A stretch of 62,941 bases of DNA, filler included, from Reticulomyxa filosa (Eukaryota > Protista > Foraminifera), in assembly GCA_000512085.1 (NCBI GenBank). It is 18 parts of 18 records of this genome, joined end to end, with 100 filler letters (N's around TTAATTAATTAA, not from the genome) between each part and the next. Parts side by side here need not be neighbours in the genome. Positions count along the whole stretch, not along the records: positions 26,259 to 29,394 come from ASPP01007183.1; positions 29,495 to 30,968 come from ASPP01014110.1; positions 31,069 to 32,720 come from ASPP01013536.1; positions 32,821 to 47,242 come from ASPP01020408.1; 14 more parts are not named here. One strand, 5' to 3'. Numbering within the stretch: position 1 is the first letter of the stretch; the number at the start of each line of letters is the position of its first letter. Positions 26,801-37,567 of this stretch are shown here, piece by piece. Under the pieces are notes generated by a model. It was not told where the DNA came from. It searched no databases and saw nothing but the letters and a program-made list of their open reading frames with translations. The translations under genes were made by a program, and so were the position numbers.

Positions 26801-27021
26801 TGGAAACACTTCACATATGCATTTTCTCAAACGGTCACCCCTCTGAAAAGGTAATTTGCAAACACGATGGCTACTCTTAAAGGATTGCGTCATAAAATAT
26901 ATTTTTCCTTCCTTTTTTGGATGTTTCACCGAGTTGTTTCACTCGTCTTCGTGTTACATTCAGCCACCCTCCAAACCTCGGGCCACTTTTTTTAAAAAAA
27001 AAAAGCGCGGTAATAAACAAA

Positions 27022-27437
27022 ATGAATAAGTTGATGAATATGTACATGGTTTGCAAGGTATCTCGCAATAAAATTCGCACAATTTGGACTCCAAATGTGT
27101 GTCGCAAATGTTTCTCCACAAGCGGGGCTCAAACATTGACTTGCAGAAAGGCGATAGTTGTTCGTTTTGGTCAGCCTACACAAGTGGTTCAAGCAAAAAC
27201 GGACAAGATAACATTTAACCCGGATCACAAAGACTTTGAGGACAAGTTATTGCTAAAAGTGAAAGCCGCTCCGATGCACCCAAGCGACATCAATGTGATC
27301 CAAGGTACTTACGGGACTTTGCCAACTCAGTTTCCATTCACGCCAGGCAACGAGGGATTATTTCAGGTGTGTTTGTCATAACGATCAGAGATAAGTGAAG
27401 AAATAGTGAGTAGAGTAAATAAATAAATATATACATA

Positions 27438-27468
<31 letters not shown>

Positions 27469-27906
27469 ATATTTATATATTTATTTATTTTTATCCAATT
27501 ACTGATTTGAATATGTACATATATGAAAAGATTGTGAATCGCGGGAAAGCGATAAACAGTTCCAAGTATGGGAACGGCGACTACGTTGTATCAAGCGGCA
27601 ACGTGATGTTGGGAACGTGGAGCGAGTACATTGTATGTCGTTCACAAGATGTAGCGCACTTGCAAGCCAAGTCGATCAAGGACCGCAGATTGGAATTGCA
27701 GTTGGCACAATTGACGGTCAACGGATGCACCGCATACCGACTGTTGTACTTGCTCCCTGAAATTTTGAAAAAGAAAAGTGTGGAAGACTGTCGAGGACAT
27801 TATATCTTGCAAAACGCCGCCAATTCCGCCGTCGGAGAGGCTGTCATTCAAGTCGCAAAAAAATTCGGTTTGAAGACGATCAACATTATTCGTGGAAGTG
27901 TCCAAG
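27022..27906 (+). CDS. MECR: Mitochondrial trans-2-enoyl-CoA/ACP reductase (MECR/ETR1), N-terminal half only
   Basis: Transit-peptide-like N-terminus, then FGQPTQVV, KAAPMHPSDINVIQGTYG, PGNEG, GTWSEY, LTVNGCTAYRLL, ILQNAANSAVGEAVIQVAK, GLKTINIIR. Confidence 0.92.
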
Positions 27907-27910
27907 GTTA

Positions 27911-27975
<65 letters not shown>

Positions 27976-27983
27976 CATATATA
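27911..27983. repeat. (TA)n microsatellite
   Basis: Directly visible run of ~70 bp. Confidence 0.95.
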
Positions 27984-27989
27984 ACAAAA

Positions 27990-28583
27990 TAACTGTTTGT
28001 GCTTCGTCCAGATCATTCGACATGAATAATTTTTGCAAGTTATCCGCCTGAGTTCCAGCGGGTGCAGCTGCATATTCTCCGCTTGGATTAGTTGCAAGCT
28101 CTGCCTCCGAAAGATTAATTGCAACTGGAAGGTTTTGCTTCATTTCCCCGGGTATTCTGCGCCGTCTGAATTTGGCTCGGAAGTACAAGAGCATAAACAG
28201 CACACATCCCCCTCCGAGTACACACGCGACAATGGCCAGCAACAATATGGGACTCAACCCACCTGATGTCTTGTTATCTGTCTTTTGGACGGAAGGAGTG
28301 GTTTTGATGCACCCAGGGGTTTCTGTTGGAGTTGATCCCCATCACATTCACACATCACTTATATGTATTTTAATGTCGGACTTTTGTGTTAAAAAAAGAT
28401 AGGGGATTGAATTGAAATATTTAGTATAAAATATGATATATGATATATATATATATGATGTATATGATATATGGTATATGTTTAAGTACACAACGACAGT
28501 CATGAGACGATGGACTTTGAGTGGGTCTAAATCGGAAGGAACACAAAAACACGAAAGACCATTCGACTTATTTTGAGAGGTGT

Positions 28584-28616
<33 letters not shown>

Positions 28617-29349
28617 AACGAAGAGAGCAATACTTGTGTGATGGCACCAATGTCGGAGCGGACGTAGGGGGCCTGGAAGGCCTGTACGTTGGACGCCTGG
28701 AAGGATGTGGGCTCGGATGTGTGGTTGGGATCCGGGTAGGACGTAAAGTTGGATGCGTGGTGGGGAAGCGGGTCGGGAGAGTAGGATGTGTAGTGGGCAG
28801 AGTGGGAAAGCTAGTAGGCGAGGTGGGCGCGCGAGTGGGCGAGGTCGGAGCGTTGGTGGGCAAAGTAGGGGCGCGAGTGGGCAAGGTCGGAAAGGCCGTT
28901 GGGAGTGTGGGGAAGGATGTTGGAAGAGTGGGCTGGACTGTGGGGATTGTGGGATGAACCGTGGGAAGTGTGGGGAAAGACGTTGGGAGAGTGGGATGAG
29001 CAGTGGGAAGAGTGGGATAAGTCGTGGGAAGGGTGGGATAAGCCGTGGGAAGAGTGGGATAAGCCGTGGGAAGAGTGGGATGAGAAGTGGGAAGAGTGGG
29101 ATGAACAGTGGGAAGAGTGGGATAAGCCGTAGGAAGAGTGGGATGAGCAGTGGGAAGTGTGGGAAAGGAGGTTGGTAATGTGGGATGAGTTGTCGGCAAT
29201 GTAGGATGAGCAGTTGGGATTGTGGGATGTGCCGTGGGCAATGTCGGTGTTCTCGTCGGGGCTTTTGTTGGATTGAATGTCGGATTCTTTGTAGGTTGTG
29301 TGGGAAACTTGGTAGGATGGCGAGTCGGCACTACATCAAACACCATCAT
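27990..29349 (-). CDS. PT-repeat mucin-like single-pass membrane protein, partial
   Basis: Long Pro/Thr repeat ectodomain, then a TM helix (PILLLAIVACVLGGGCVLFMLLYF), a basic stop-transfer (RAKFRRRR) and a cytoplasmic tail. Confidence 0.75.
28740..29260 (-). repeat. Coding 21-bp tandem minisatellite (heptapeptide PTLPTxx)
   Basis: More than 20 units of PTLPTAH/PTLPTSF/PTLPTAY, with recurring gtgggaagagtgggat on the + strand. Confidence 0.95.
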
Positions 29350-29521
29350 ATCACAAAAAAAAAATTTATTTAATTTTTTTTTTTTTTTTTTTTTNNNNNN
29401 NNNNNNNNNNNNNNNNNNNNNNNNNNNNNNNNNNNNNNTTAATTAATTAANNNNNNNNNNNNNNNNNNNNNNNNNNNNNNNNNNNNNNNNNNNNAAAAAA
29501 AAAAAAAAAAAAAAAAAAAAG

Positions 29522-30000
29522 GGCGTGGCTACAATGGTTTGGGCATATTACTGGAAGAAATAGCAATAAGTGCAGTGACGTATCCATGGCAACGTGTGTA
29601 TACACGCCTAATGTACACCGGCGATTCAATGTTTGAAACATATCGTGACATTCGTCGTGAACGCGGGATTATTGGGTTTTGGGACGGGTTTCTTTATGAG
29701 GTCTGCCGCAAAGTCGTGGTCGTAAGCGTTCATGGGTTATCTGAGCTGGCCAAAGATTGGTTTTTGGAATACAAAAGAGCGGCACACAACGACAGGAAAA
29801 AACAACTTGTGCGCAAGATTAGCGACTATAACATCATTTGCGACATTTGCTGTGAACAAAAAAAACAGCACACATTTGATCCTTGTGGACATTGCTCTTG
29901 CAGCAGTTGTTTGCCCAGGATTCTCCAGAACCAAGGAGTCAACAAAAAATGCCCCTTTTGTCGAGCAAACATTGACAAAGTAGTCGCTTTTTATGTTTGA
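29522..30000 (+). CDS. Mitochondrial-carrier-like repeat fused to a C-terminal RING finger, 5'-partial
   Basis: AVTYPWQRVYTRL...RDIRRERGIIGFWDGF is a degenerate SLC25 signature. It is followed in frame by CDICCEQKKQHTFDPCGHCSCSSC...CPFCR (C3HC4, IAP/MUL1 type). Confidence 0.7.
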
Positions 30001-30384
30001 GACATTTTTTATTCAAAACCGGTGGTTTTGTTTTTTGTTGGAGATAATTGATTAAGTTTTTTTTTTTGTAAAGGAAAAAAAAAGTTCCGTTCCCCCCCTT
30101 ACTTTTTACAATTGCCGTTCATTAAGCTTTCAAAAAACAAAAAAAAAGACGCATATTTGGCGGAGCAATTTTTCACGGGCTAATAACTCTAATTTACTGT
30201 TATCTCTGTTGTTACTTTAAAACTTTTTCTTATCTATAAAAAGTTTATAAGGCTAGTTCTAAAGATCACGTCCAATGCTGAAAGAATATAACATGGACGC
30301 CCTAGTTTGGGCAAAAATAAATAAGTGACCTAAACTTTGCGTTTCAGTTGACACCGAAAAAACACAGTTTAAAAAAAAAGGAAA

Positions 30385-30910
30385 ATGAATGATAATCTTC
30401 GCTCCCAACTACAAAATTTTTCCTCTGAAAAATTAAAATTTCGAAAAACACGAGTCCGACAGCAAGATGGGAGCGTGTTTGAAGAAAGTGTAGATCCTTC
30501 AACGCACGAATATGTGTCTAGATTGAAAAGCAACGAAAAGACGAGCAAAGAAGAAAAAGAGGTCGAAGAAGAGAAAGAGACAAAAGAGTACGAGCATTTG
30601 TTTCAAAGGCCGACGACTGAGGAAGAAATCAGTCGGCATGACGCATATGTGTCGCAGTTTGACATTGAGCAATGGTATCCATTGCTCTCTCACGTGACAT
30701 TTCAAACCGAGTTTGTGGAGTTGTCGATTGACGAAGCGATTCAAATGATCGAGTTGCACAAAGGCTACCATAACTTTAGTGAAGACAAGCACACGGAACA
30801 GCAGACGTGGTTGCACCAACAAGTGGAAAAGCACTTCAAGTCATTGCTTGAAAAATTAAATAATCAATTGGAACGAATGGATTCACAAAAAACAGGAGTT
30901 TTTGCAAAAG
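30385..30910 (+). CDS. CDC123-like (R2K) ATP-grasp protein, first exon
   Basis: FDIEQWYPLLSHVTFQTEFVEL...helical region...GVFAK follows the N-terminal pattern of CDC123/R2K ATP-grasp proteins. Truncated by an intron and the contig end. Confidence 0.6.
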
Positions 30911-30921
30911 TTAATTGTCAC

Positions 30922-30958
<37 letters not shown>

Positions 30959-31068
30959 TTAAAACAAANNNNNNNNNNNNNNNNNNNNNNNNNNNNNNNN
31001 NNNNNNNNNNNNTTAATTAATTAANNNNNNNNNNNNNNNNNNNNNNNNNNNNNNNNNNNNNNNNNNNN

Positions 31069-31102
<34 letters not shown>

Positions 31103-31199
31103 TAAAAAAAAAGGAAAAAAAAAAAAGAACAATTGGAAAAAAGAGAAAAAAGGGGGGAAATTGTGGGAAAAAAGACGGGAAAATATCCCGCAAAAGCGC

Positions 31200-32720
31200 T
31201 GAACAAGCGCGAATTTTATTGCCGCAACGGCCAAGAAGGTCTTATCGAAGTGGCAAACGAGTCAAGGAAGAAGTCGTTAGGTGTTGGATTGAGTGTTTGT
31301 TTGCTTATCAGGGATCGACTATGGACCGGAGGACGACTTGTTGGATACGACTCAAAATCATATTCGTTTGTGTTGTGCTCGAGCCGACTAGTTTTGAATT
31401 GGTAAATCTCGTATTGACCGTTGGCGCACTCAAAAATCTGGTTGGATCATGGCACGCAAGAAAGAAGAAGATAGAATTTATTGTTGATTCAAGTAGTGAT
31501 AGTATCAAACGTTGGATAATAATTATTATTGGAAATGCTATCATCAATGATATTTTTCCGTTCGACAATGGCAAGGTGTGTTCCTGATCGCAATGGCGAC
31601 TAGATAGGTGTACTTCGTATTTGGAAAAATCCGTTGTTATAACGTTGGAATAGTTGGAAAAGATTCTATCAAATTAAATCACGACGTTCGAAGAAATATA
31701 TATGATATTGGCTAAGTTTGATGGAGGAACTGTTCGAAACGCAAGCAAGATCACTAGCAAAAAGGAAGATGAAGATGCGAAGAAAGTGGATCACAAGAGT
31801 CAGGGGCTATATCGCGTTGGTTTTTGTTTGTTTGTTTTAAAAAAATGCTTCTAGGCTTTGCTGCGTATAATTATGGAATGGCGATTTTGCGTGTTCTCAG
31901 ATATGGCATATCTTCTCTTAGAGCGCATCAATGGAACTGCCAGACGAGTGTGGCAATATCAACCTACTTGAATCATTTGAAGGACTTGTTCGCCATCAAC
32001 ATATGAATATACAAGTCTCTGCGGATAATTCTTCAGTTCGAATGGAATTTAGTCTGTCACCCAACTCTACATATGATGACACAGAGTGGAATTGCGATTT
32101 ACCGGCGCCAAGTACGTCAAGTCTTGTGAAATATCAAAAAAAAAAAAATAGGGTGAAATTTAGCGGTAATCGAATTTTTGAGCTGTTCATGGTCGTAACT
32201 GATATCTTACGTAACGGGAAAGCGCGGCCTGATTTCATATGCAATGGTAGTAATCGTAAGTAAATTTTTGTTGACAATGCCGTCTCTATTTTTGAATGTG
32301 ATAGCGAACGTTTAACAACAACGACAGGCACAGCCAAGACGCAGAATTCTTTAATGGGTCAAACATTGGAAACAGTGGTGATTGTAAGTTATCCAATTCT
32401 AATGGCGCCGAAAGAAAGAGCTAATAGAATAGCGAGATTGTAATCGGAACAGCAAGACGACCTCCGACCGCCGACGAGCAAGAACAAGAAAAAGTGATTG
32501 TTGTGGAGATTGCAAGAGCCGAGCTGATTACCTTTGCTGGATTGTCTCAGGAATCGGCGACATGCATTTCGTTCTTGAAGTGCAGGGTAATGCGGCGGAC
32601 ACAAGCATCGCATCGCATCCAACAAGCCGTCCATCAGCACATATCCACCTTGTGCGCATTTACGTTTGAATTGTAAGGCGGTTTTGCGCGTTCGCAGATA
32701 TGGACGAACTTCCATAGTAC
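31200..32720 (+). pseudogene. Degenerate coding-like region of unknown family
   Basis: Coding-like GC content, but only short ORFs broken by stops and frameshifts, without clear introns. Confidence 0.3.
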
Positions 32721-33522
32721 NNNNNNNNNNNNNNNNNNNNNNNNNNNNNNNNNNNNNNNNNNNNTTAATTAATTAANNNNNNNNNNNNNNNNNNNNNNNN
32801 NNNNNNNNNNNNNNNNNNNNAATAAAAATCCATTATTTGTATGTACATAAATAGGATCAGTAGTAGTATTAGTTAAATGCCCTACATGAGAATATTTCCA
32901 TAAAAGTAAAGGAGCAATAGAAGGGTGGCATCGTCCTTGCATATTTAATGTATACTCCTAATTGGTAAAATATTTTTCTGTAATCCCAAACTCATTACTG
33001 ATGCCATCATTTGTCGAACATTATCATCTTTCGTCTCATGATAACTGTTCACTAAAAACAGTATGTAGTTTTCCATTTTATTCATTAACCATTGTCTTTG
33101 AGTTGTGGCAGGTTTTTCATTTTCCTTTTCAAATTTATTTCGAAAATGCACTAAAATATGTTTCCAATTCCTTTTTATCCAGCCCTTTTTATTCACTCTT
33201 ATTAATCCATCCCACACCATCACCTTTTGTCCGAATTTTTCATTTATTATATATATTTGTCTACTGTAAATGTTCCAATAATGTCTCCGTGTTTATGCCA
33301 AGACCTTCCAAAGAACTTTTTTTTTTTTTATACAAAAAAAGGGTCCGCATACTTTTCTAAATAACGTGTAAATTTCAAATTACGTCCCATTCCAAAGTAA
33401 TACTGTTTGATTATGACATTATTTTAAAATTTATTTAAAGTTGTTAATTGATTTTTGTCCCAGTACTTAATAAATAATTTGTCTCAAAAGAATTGATAGC
33501 AAAAATAAAAATGATAAAAATT

Positions 33523-33784
33523 GGGTGGTGAATTAAATTCACCGGCGATACCTAGAGATACTGCAATACTAGGATCACCACTTCATCTAACCCAAACAAA
33601 TGTAAATCCATCTGAGTTGTAAATCTACAAAAGAGCAAGCCCTTTTGTATGTAGATCACAGTGAAGTTTGGCTCAAGAAATCATCCTAATCAACTGTTTA
33701 GAAACAAATAGTTCCTAATCTCAGAGATCAGGCTGAGAAGAACTGATACTACACTTGATCTTAGCCAAAAGGCCGAGAAGGTAT
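33523..33784 (-). ncRNA. U2: U2 spliceosomal snRNA (expanded, ~260 nt)
   Basis: The reverse complement begins ATACCTTCTCGGCCTTTTGGCTAAGATCAAGTGTAGTATCAGTTCTT, the canonical U2 5' end with the GUAGUA branch-site-pairing sequence. It has a stem III-like GGGCTTGCTCT and stem-loop IV CCTAGT-ATTGCAGT-ATCTCTAGG with the U2B''-type loop. The 3' end is approximate. Confidence 0.95.
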
Positions 33785-34175
33785 GAAGAAATTAAAGAAT
33801 TAACTGTCAAACAAAGATGCGAAAACATCGGTTGATAAATAATGTTTCTTCAGCAACCTTCTATTTTTTGCACGTTCATTTCACTTCTTCGTAAAGACTT
33901 TTTTAAAGGTGAACTTCTACTTTTTGCAAAAAAAAAAAGGGGTGGAATAGACTTTTTGTTGCGACTTTCGTTCCAGAAAAGAATAATTTCTGTAAAATCT
34001 AGAACTGGTATACATAACACGAGTGAAAGAAAGACCCCAAATAGTTTTTTCGTAAAGTGAGAAAAGCAAAAAAAGAAGCGTTTATTTGTCTAATCTAAGT
34101 TTAGATGGGATAAAAAAAATAAAACACGCAAAAAGAGCACTGTCATTGTGCAGCTGGACGAACATATTTTGCAAA

Positions 34176-37119
34176 TCAGTTCGGCCCACATTGCACATCG
34201 AAAACAAGATGGGCAACTTGTGGAGCATACCATTTCACACGAGTTACCTTTACCACTTGAACCTTTGTGGGAGACATTACAATAAGCAAAACGTACTTTC
34301 TTTTTTGTATGTTATGCATTGAAACAAAATTGACACAGCAGAGTTAAATTAAAAGCTGAACTTTCCAAGATTTTTTGTGTTCAAACGATTGACAAATCTC
34401 GATTAATGTATTGCAAATTTCCGCTGCTTTCTTCGATTCCTGTTTGTTTTCGACATTTTCATGAACATGTAAGACACCACCTTGGGCTTTTAGCGCTCGA
34501 ATCGCAGGGAAATACCCAGGTTCACTGGTTGGCAAAAGTCCTAAATTTACTCGGTCGCATTTGTCGATTAACTCTTTGGTCGTTTCACGATTGTCCCCTT
34601 CGAATATTGCATACCTATTCTCCAAACGTATACATACACATGCATGCACACTCTAAAGCTATACAAAGATATTACAAAAAAAAGCATTACCTGGTGGGAT
34701 CAATCTTATTCAATGTCATGTTCGACTTCAAGTATTTGACGGCATTTTGATTGACTTCACAAGCAAACACAAAGGCGACCCGGCTGTGGACTAAGAACGA
34801 CAGCGTGAAGTAGCCGATTCCGGCATACAAATCGAGGACAGTTTCGTGAGAAGACGCCAGCGAAGAAACGCGAATCTTTTCGGTTAAATTTCCCGACGAA
34901 AACATCACCTCGCACACATTCAACGAGTACCAAATGCCATTCTCGCGATGCTTCACCATTCCATTTTTATGTGAGGGATCAAACAACAACAACACTTCAC
35001 TTTCACGTTTCATTCCAGGTTACCTTTTTTTTTAAAAAAAAAAAAAAAAAAAACCAAAAAATTGTTTCACAAATAGTATACACATAATACTAAATTTTTT
35101 ATTGTTGTTGCTAGAAGAGAGATAGGAAAAGAATGTTAAAGATAACGAATTCGTTGTTGAATCCCAATTTGATTACAGCGCAAATGTTTTTGAATGACTT
35201 GGTATACGTTTGTGTAGTGTTGCGTTCCATCGTGACAGGCTTTGTCAGAGCAAAACCAGGTTTGGAACAAGTCGACGACACAAGCGAAGGAAGGAGGGAA
35301 AAGAACACAATCGCCAAGCTTTTCAAACTTGTGAGGGAAAGACTTGCAAATGCTTGTCAACATTTGCTGTCGCTGCGACTCGCCATCATCGTTATCATTG
35401 TTATCATTGTTATCATTGTTATCATCATGATCATGATCATTACCATCGTCGTTGTCAGAGTGCTTCTTACAAATGGATTGCTGCAACGTCGCAACCAAAT
35501 CGCACATCATTTCATTCCACGATTGACCCAAATGTCTGGAGTAGATCACTTGTTCCCAAGAAGGAATTTGATCCTTTTGCTCCGTTGTTTCCCTTTCTTG
35601 CATCTGCGCTTGTTGTGAAGTGCTTGACACTTGGCCGTCTGCAGACTTGACGCGCTTTTGCAGTTTGGATTTGTCGCGAAAGGCCAATCCGATGACAAAG
35701 ATGTGACAAAGAGAAGTGGACTCACAATCAGTGCGAATCAGAGACAGCAGTTGATCTTTCCACTTTGGCGTGTGCACGCAATATTGCCCGACGATTTGTT
35801 TCCAAACGCTTTGAAACAGTATCACTTTCACACAGTCGCTCATTTCTATCACTTTGGACATTACTTCGGGATAGGTCATCATCGCTTTTCCATAGTCAAA
35901 CACTTTGTCGTTTTCAAAGATCAGTTGTTGAATCGATGAGATTTTATTATTATTATTGTTATTATCTTTGATAAATACCAAAGTCAAATCATTAGGGTAG
36001 CATGGATGCAAATACAACTCTACACACTGCTCTTCCGAATTCTGATTCGAATTCGAATTCGAATCCTGCAAATATGATGATACTTTACTTGAATCAAGCA
36101 AGACAGTTGGAACTACCAAATGCCAACTAAAATGGGTGCGACTGTTCCCGGTGGGTTCTACGCTGTTCCGGATTTGTTCTTTGGCGTACAGATCTTGAAT
36201 TTGATGTCGCACGGATTGAAGTCGATGGGACAACACGCGCTGCTTGAGATCAAGCTTTTCAATCCAAATTTGCAAAGGGACATTGTTGTTGTCATATCCA
36301 TGATACCATCGATGACTGGGACGAAACATGCCCCGAAACGCATTGTACAAGGAGTCGATTTTCCGTATGTTTTCTTTCATTTTGTCATTGGCAATGTCTA
36401 CAATCATTCGCAAGTATGACACATTCCCACCGATCGTGGATTGCGTCCTTTCGTCCCATTGGCTTGCACTTCCAACAAACAATGGAATTTCCAGTCGCAA
36501 GTTGTAACTTATCCGCAACATTATGCGACGAGAACTCAGTCCATTGATCCCTTTTTTTTTTTTTTTTTTTTTTAAGTTGGAAAAAAAAAAAAAAATTTAT
36601 TTTTAAAAAAAAAGATGGGAAAAAAAAAAAACCTGATTCGCGAAATCCTTGACCTCTTGCCAATGTTAGGAGTTGACTTGCGCTCATTAAATTGGCACAT
36701 TCAATGTGAAGGATTAAAGGCTCAAATCGAAAGGTCAATTGAAAGGACGCATCCGATGGGCGGGACAATGGGTTTGTTTCTTGTTGTTGGTTGACACTAC
36801 TCAACGCATCTTCCACTTGTTTACTCGTTATGCATTGGTGAGACACCAACAGCCAATTCCCTCCTTTGCTCTTCCTCAGTTCTTGCTTCAGTATTGTTAT
36901 GCGACCGCTGCAAGATGATGTTGTGTAAAAGTCTTCCGTTTTATTTATGCAGTCAATCAGGGGTATTAGAGGCTCGTCAACGTAACCTTTTGGAGACTTG
37001 TCATGATCCAATTCTGCTTTTACGTCAAAACATAAATTGTCCAATGTTTTTTTTTTTCGTTCGACAAATTTTCCATCCAATTGAACTGTATTTATATCTA
37101 ATGCTCGCCTCGAGTCCAT
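34176..37119 (-). CDS. Fused tRNA wybutosine biosynthesis protein TYW3-(linker)-TYW2
   Basis: TYW3 part: DKSPKGYVDEP, FYTTSSCSGRI, FRFEPLILHIEC, GFRESGI. TYW2/TRM12 part: FPHKFEKLGD, ENGIWY...VMFSSGNLTEK, VLDLYAGIGYFTL, DRVNLGLLPTSE, GVLHVHENV, VKWYAPQVAHLVFD. No stop separates the parts once intron 36551-36632 is removed. Confidence 0.9.
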
Positions 37120-37567
37120 CAATTTTTCTTTTATAATAATTCGCCTTTTTTTTTAATTACAAAGAAAGACAATGTTTTCTATGAAAAATCACGTGTAACA
37201 ACCGTTTTTTAAATATCTACAAATCAAAGAAAAGTGCTTACAAACATTGTATCCTGAATTGAAACGAAGGGTTAAAAAATTGTAGTATATAGACTACCAC
37301 AGAACGAAATTTAAATCAAATGTAGTAATATGAAGAGAAAAAAAAATAATTTTACCTCGTTTTGTTAAATCAAGTGATGTTTATTTCCCCTTTCCAGCAT
37401 CCAAAGTTTGGAATATTTCTTAAAAACTTTCCATAACAAATAAAAGGTTAAATGTTTGTATACCAACCATCTAAGACAATTCTGTCAAAAAAACAAACAA
37501 AAAAAAGAGTTTGGTTTAAATATCCAAGAAAAGCTCAAGTCTACAAATGAGTCAAAAACAAGCAATT

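Noticed and set aside
28634-29446. Plus-strand Gly/Val-, Gly/Ser- and Trp/Glu-repeat ORFs
   Set aside because: These are antisense shadows of the PT-repeat coding minisatellite.
32821-33400. KVMVWDG suggesting another Tc1 transposase
   Set aside because: No accompanying DE/DN/PDLNPIE motifs are visible, so support is too weak.
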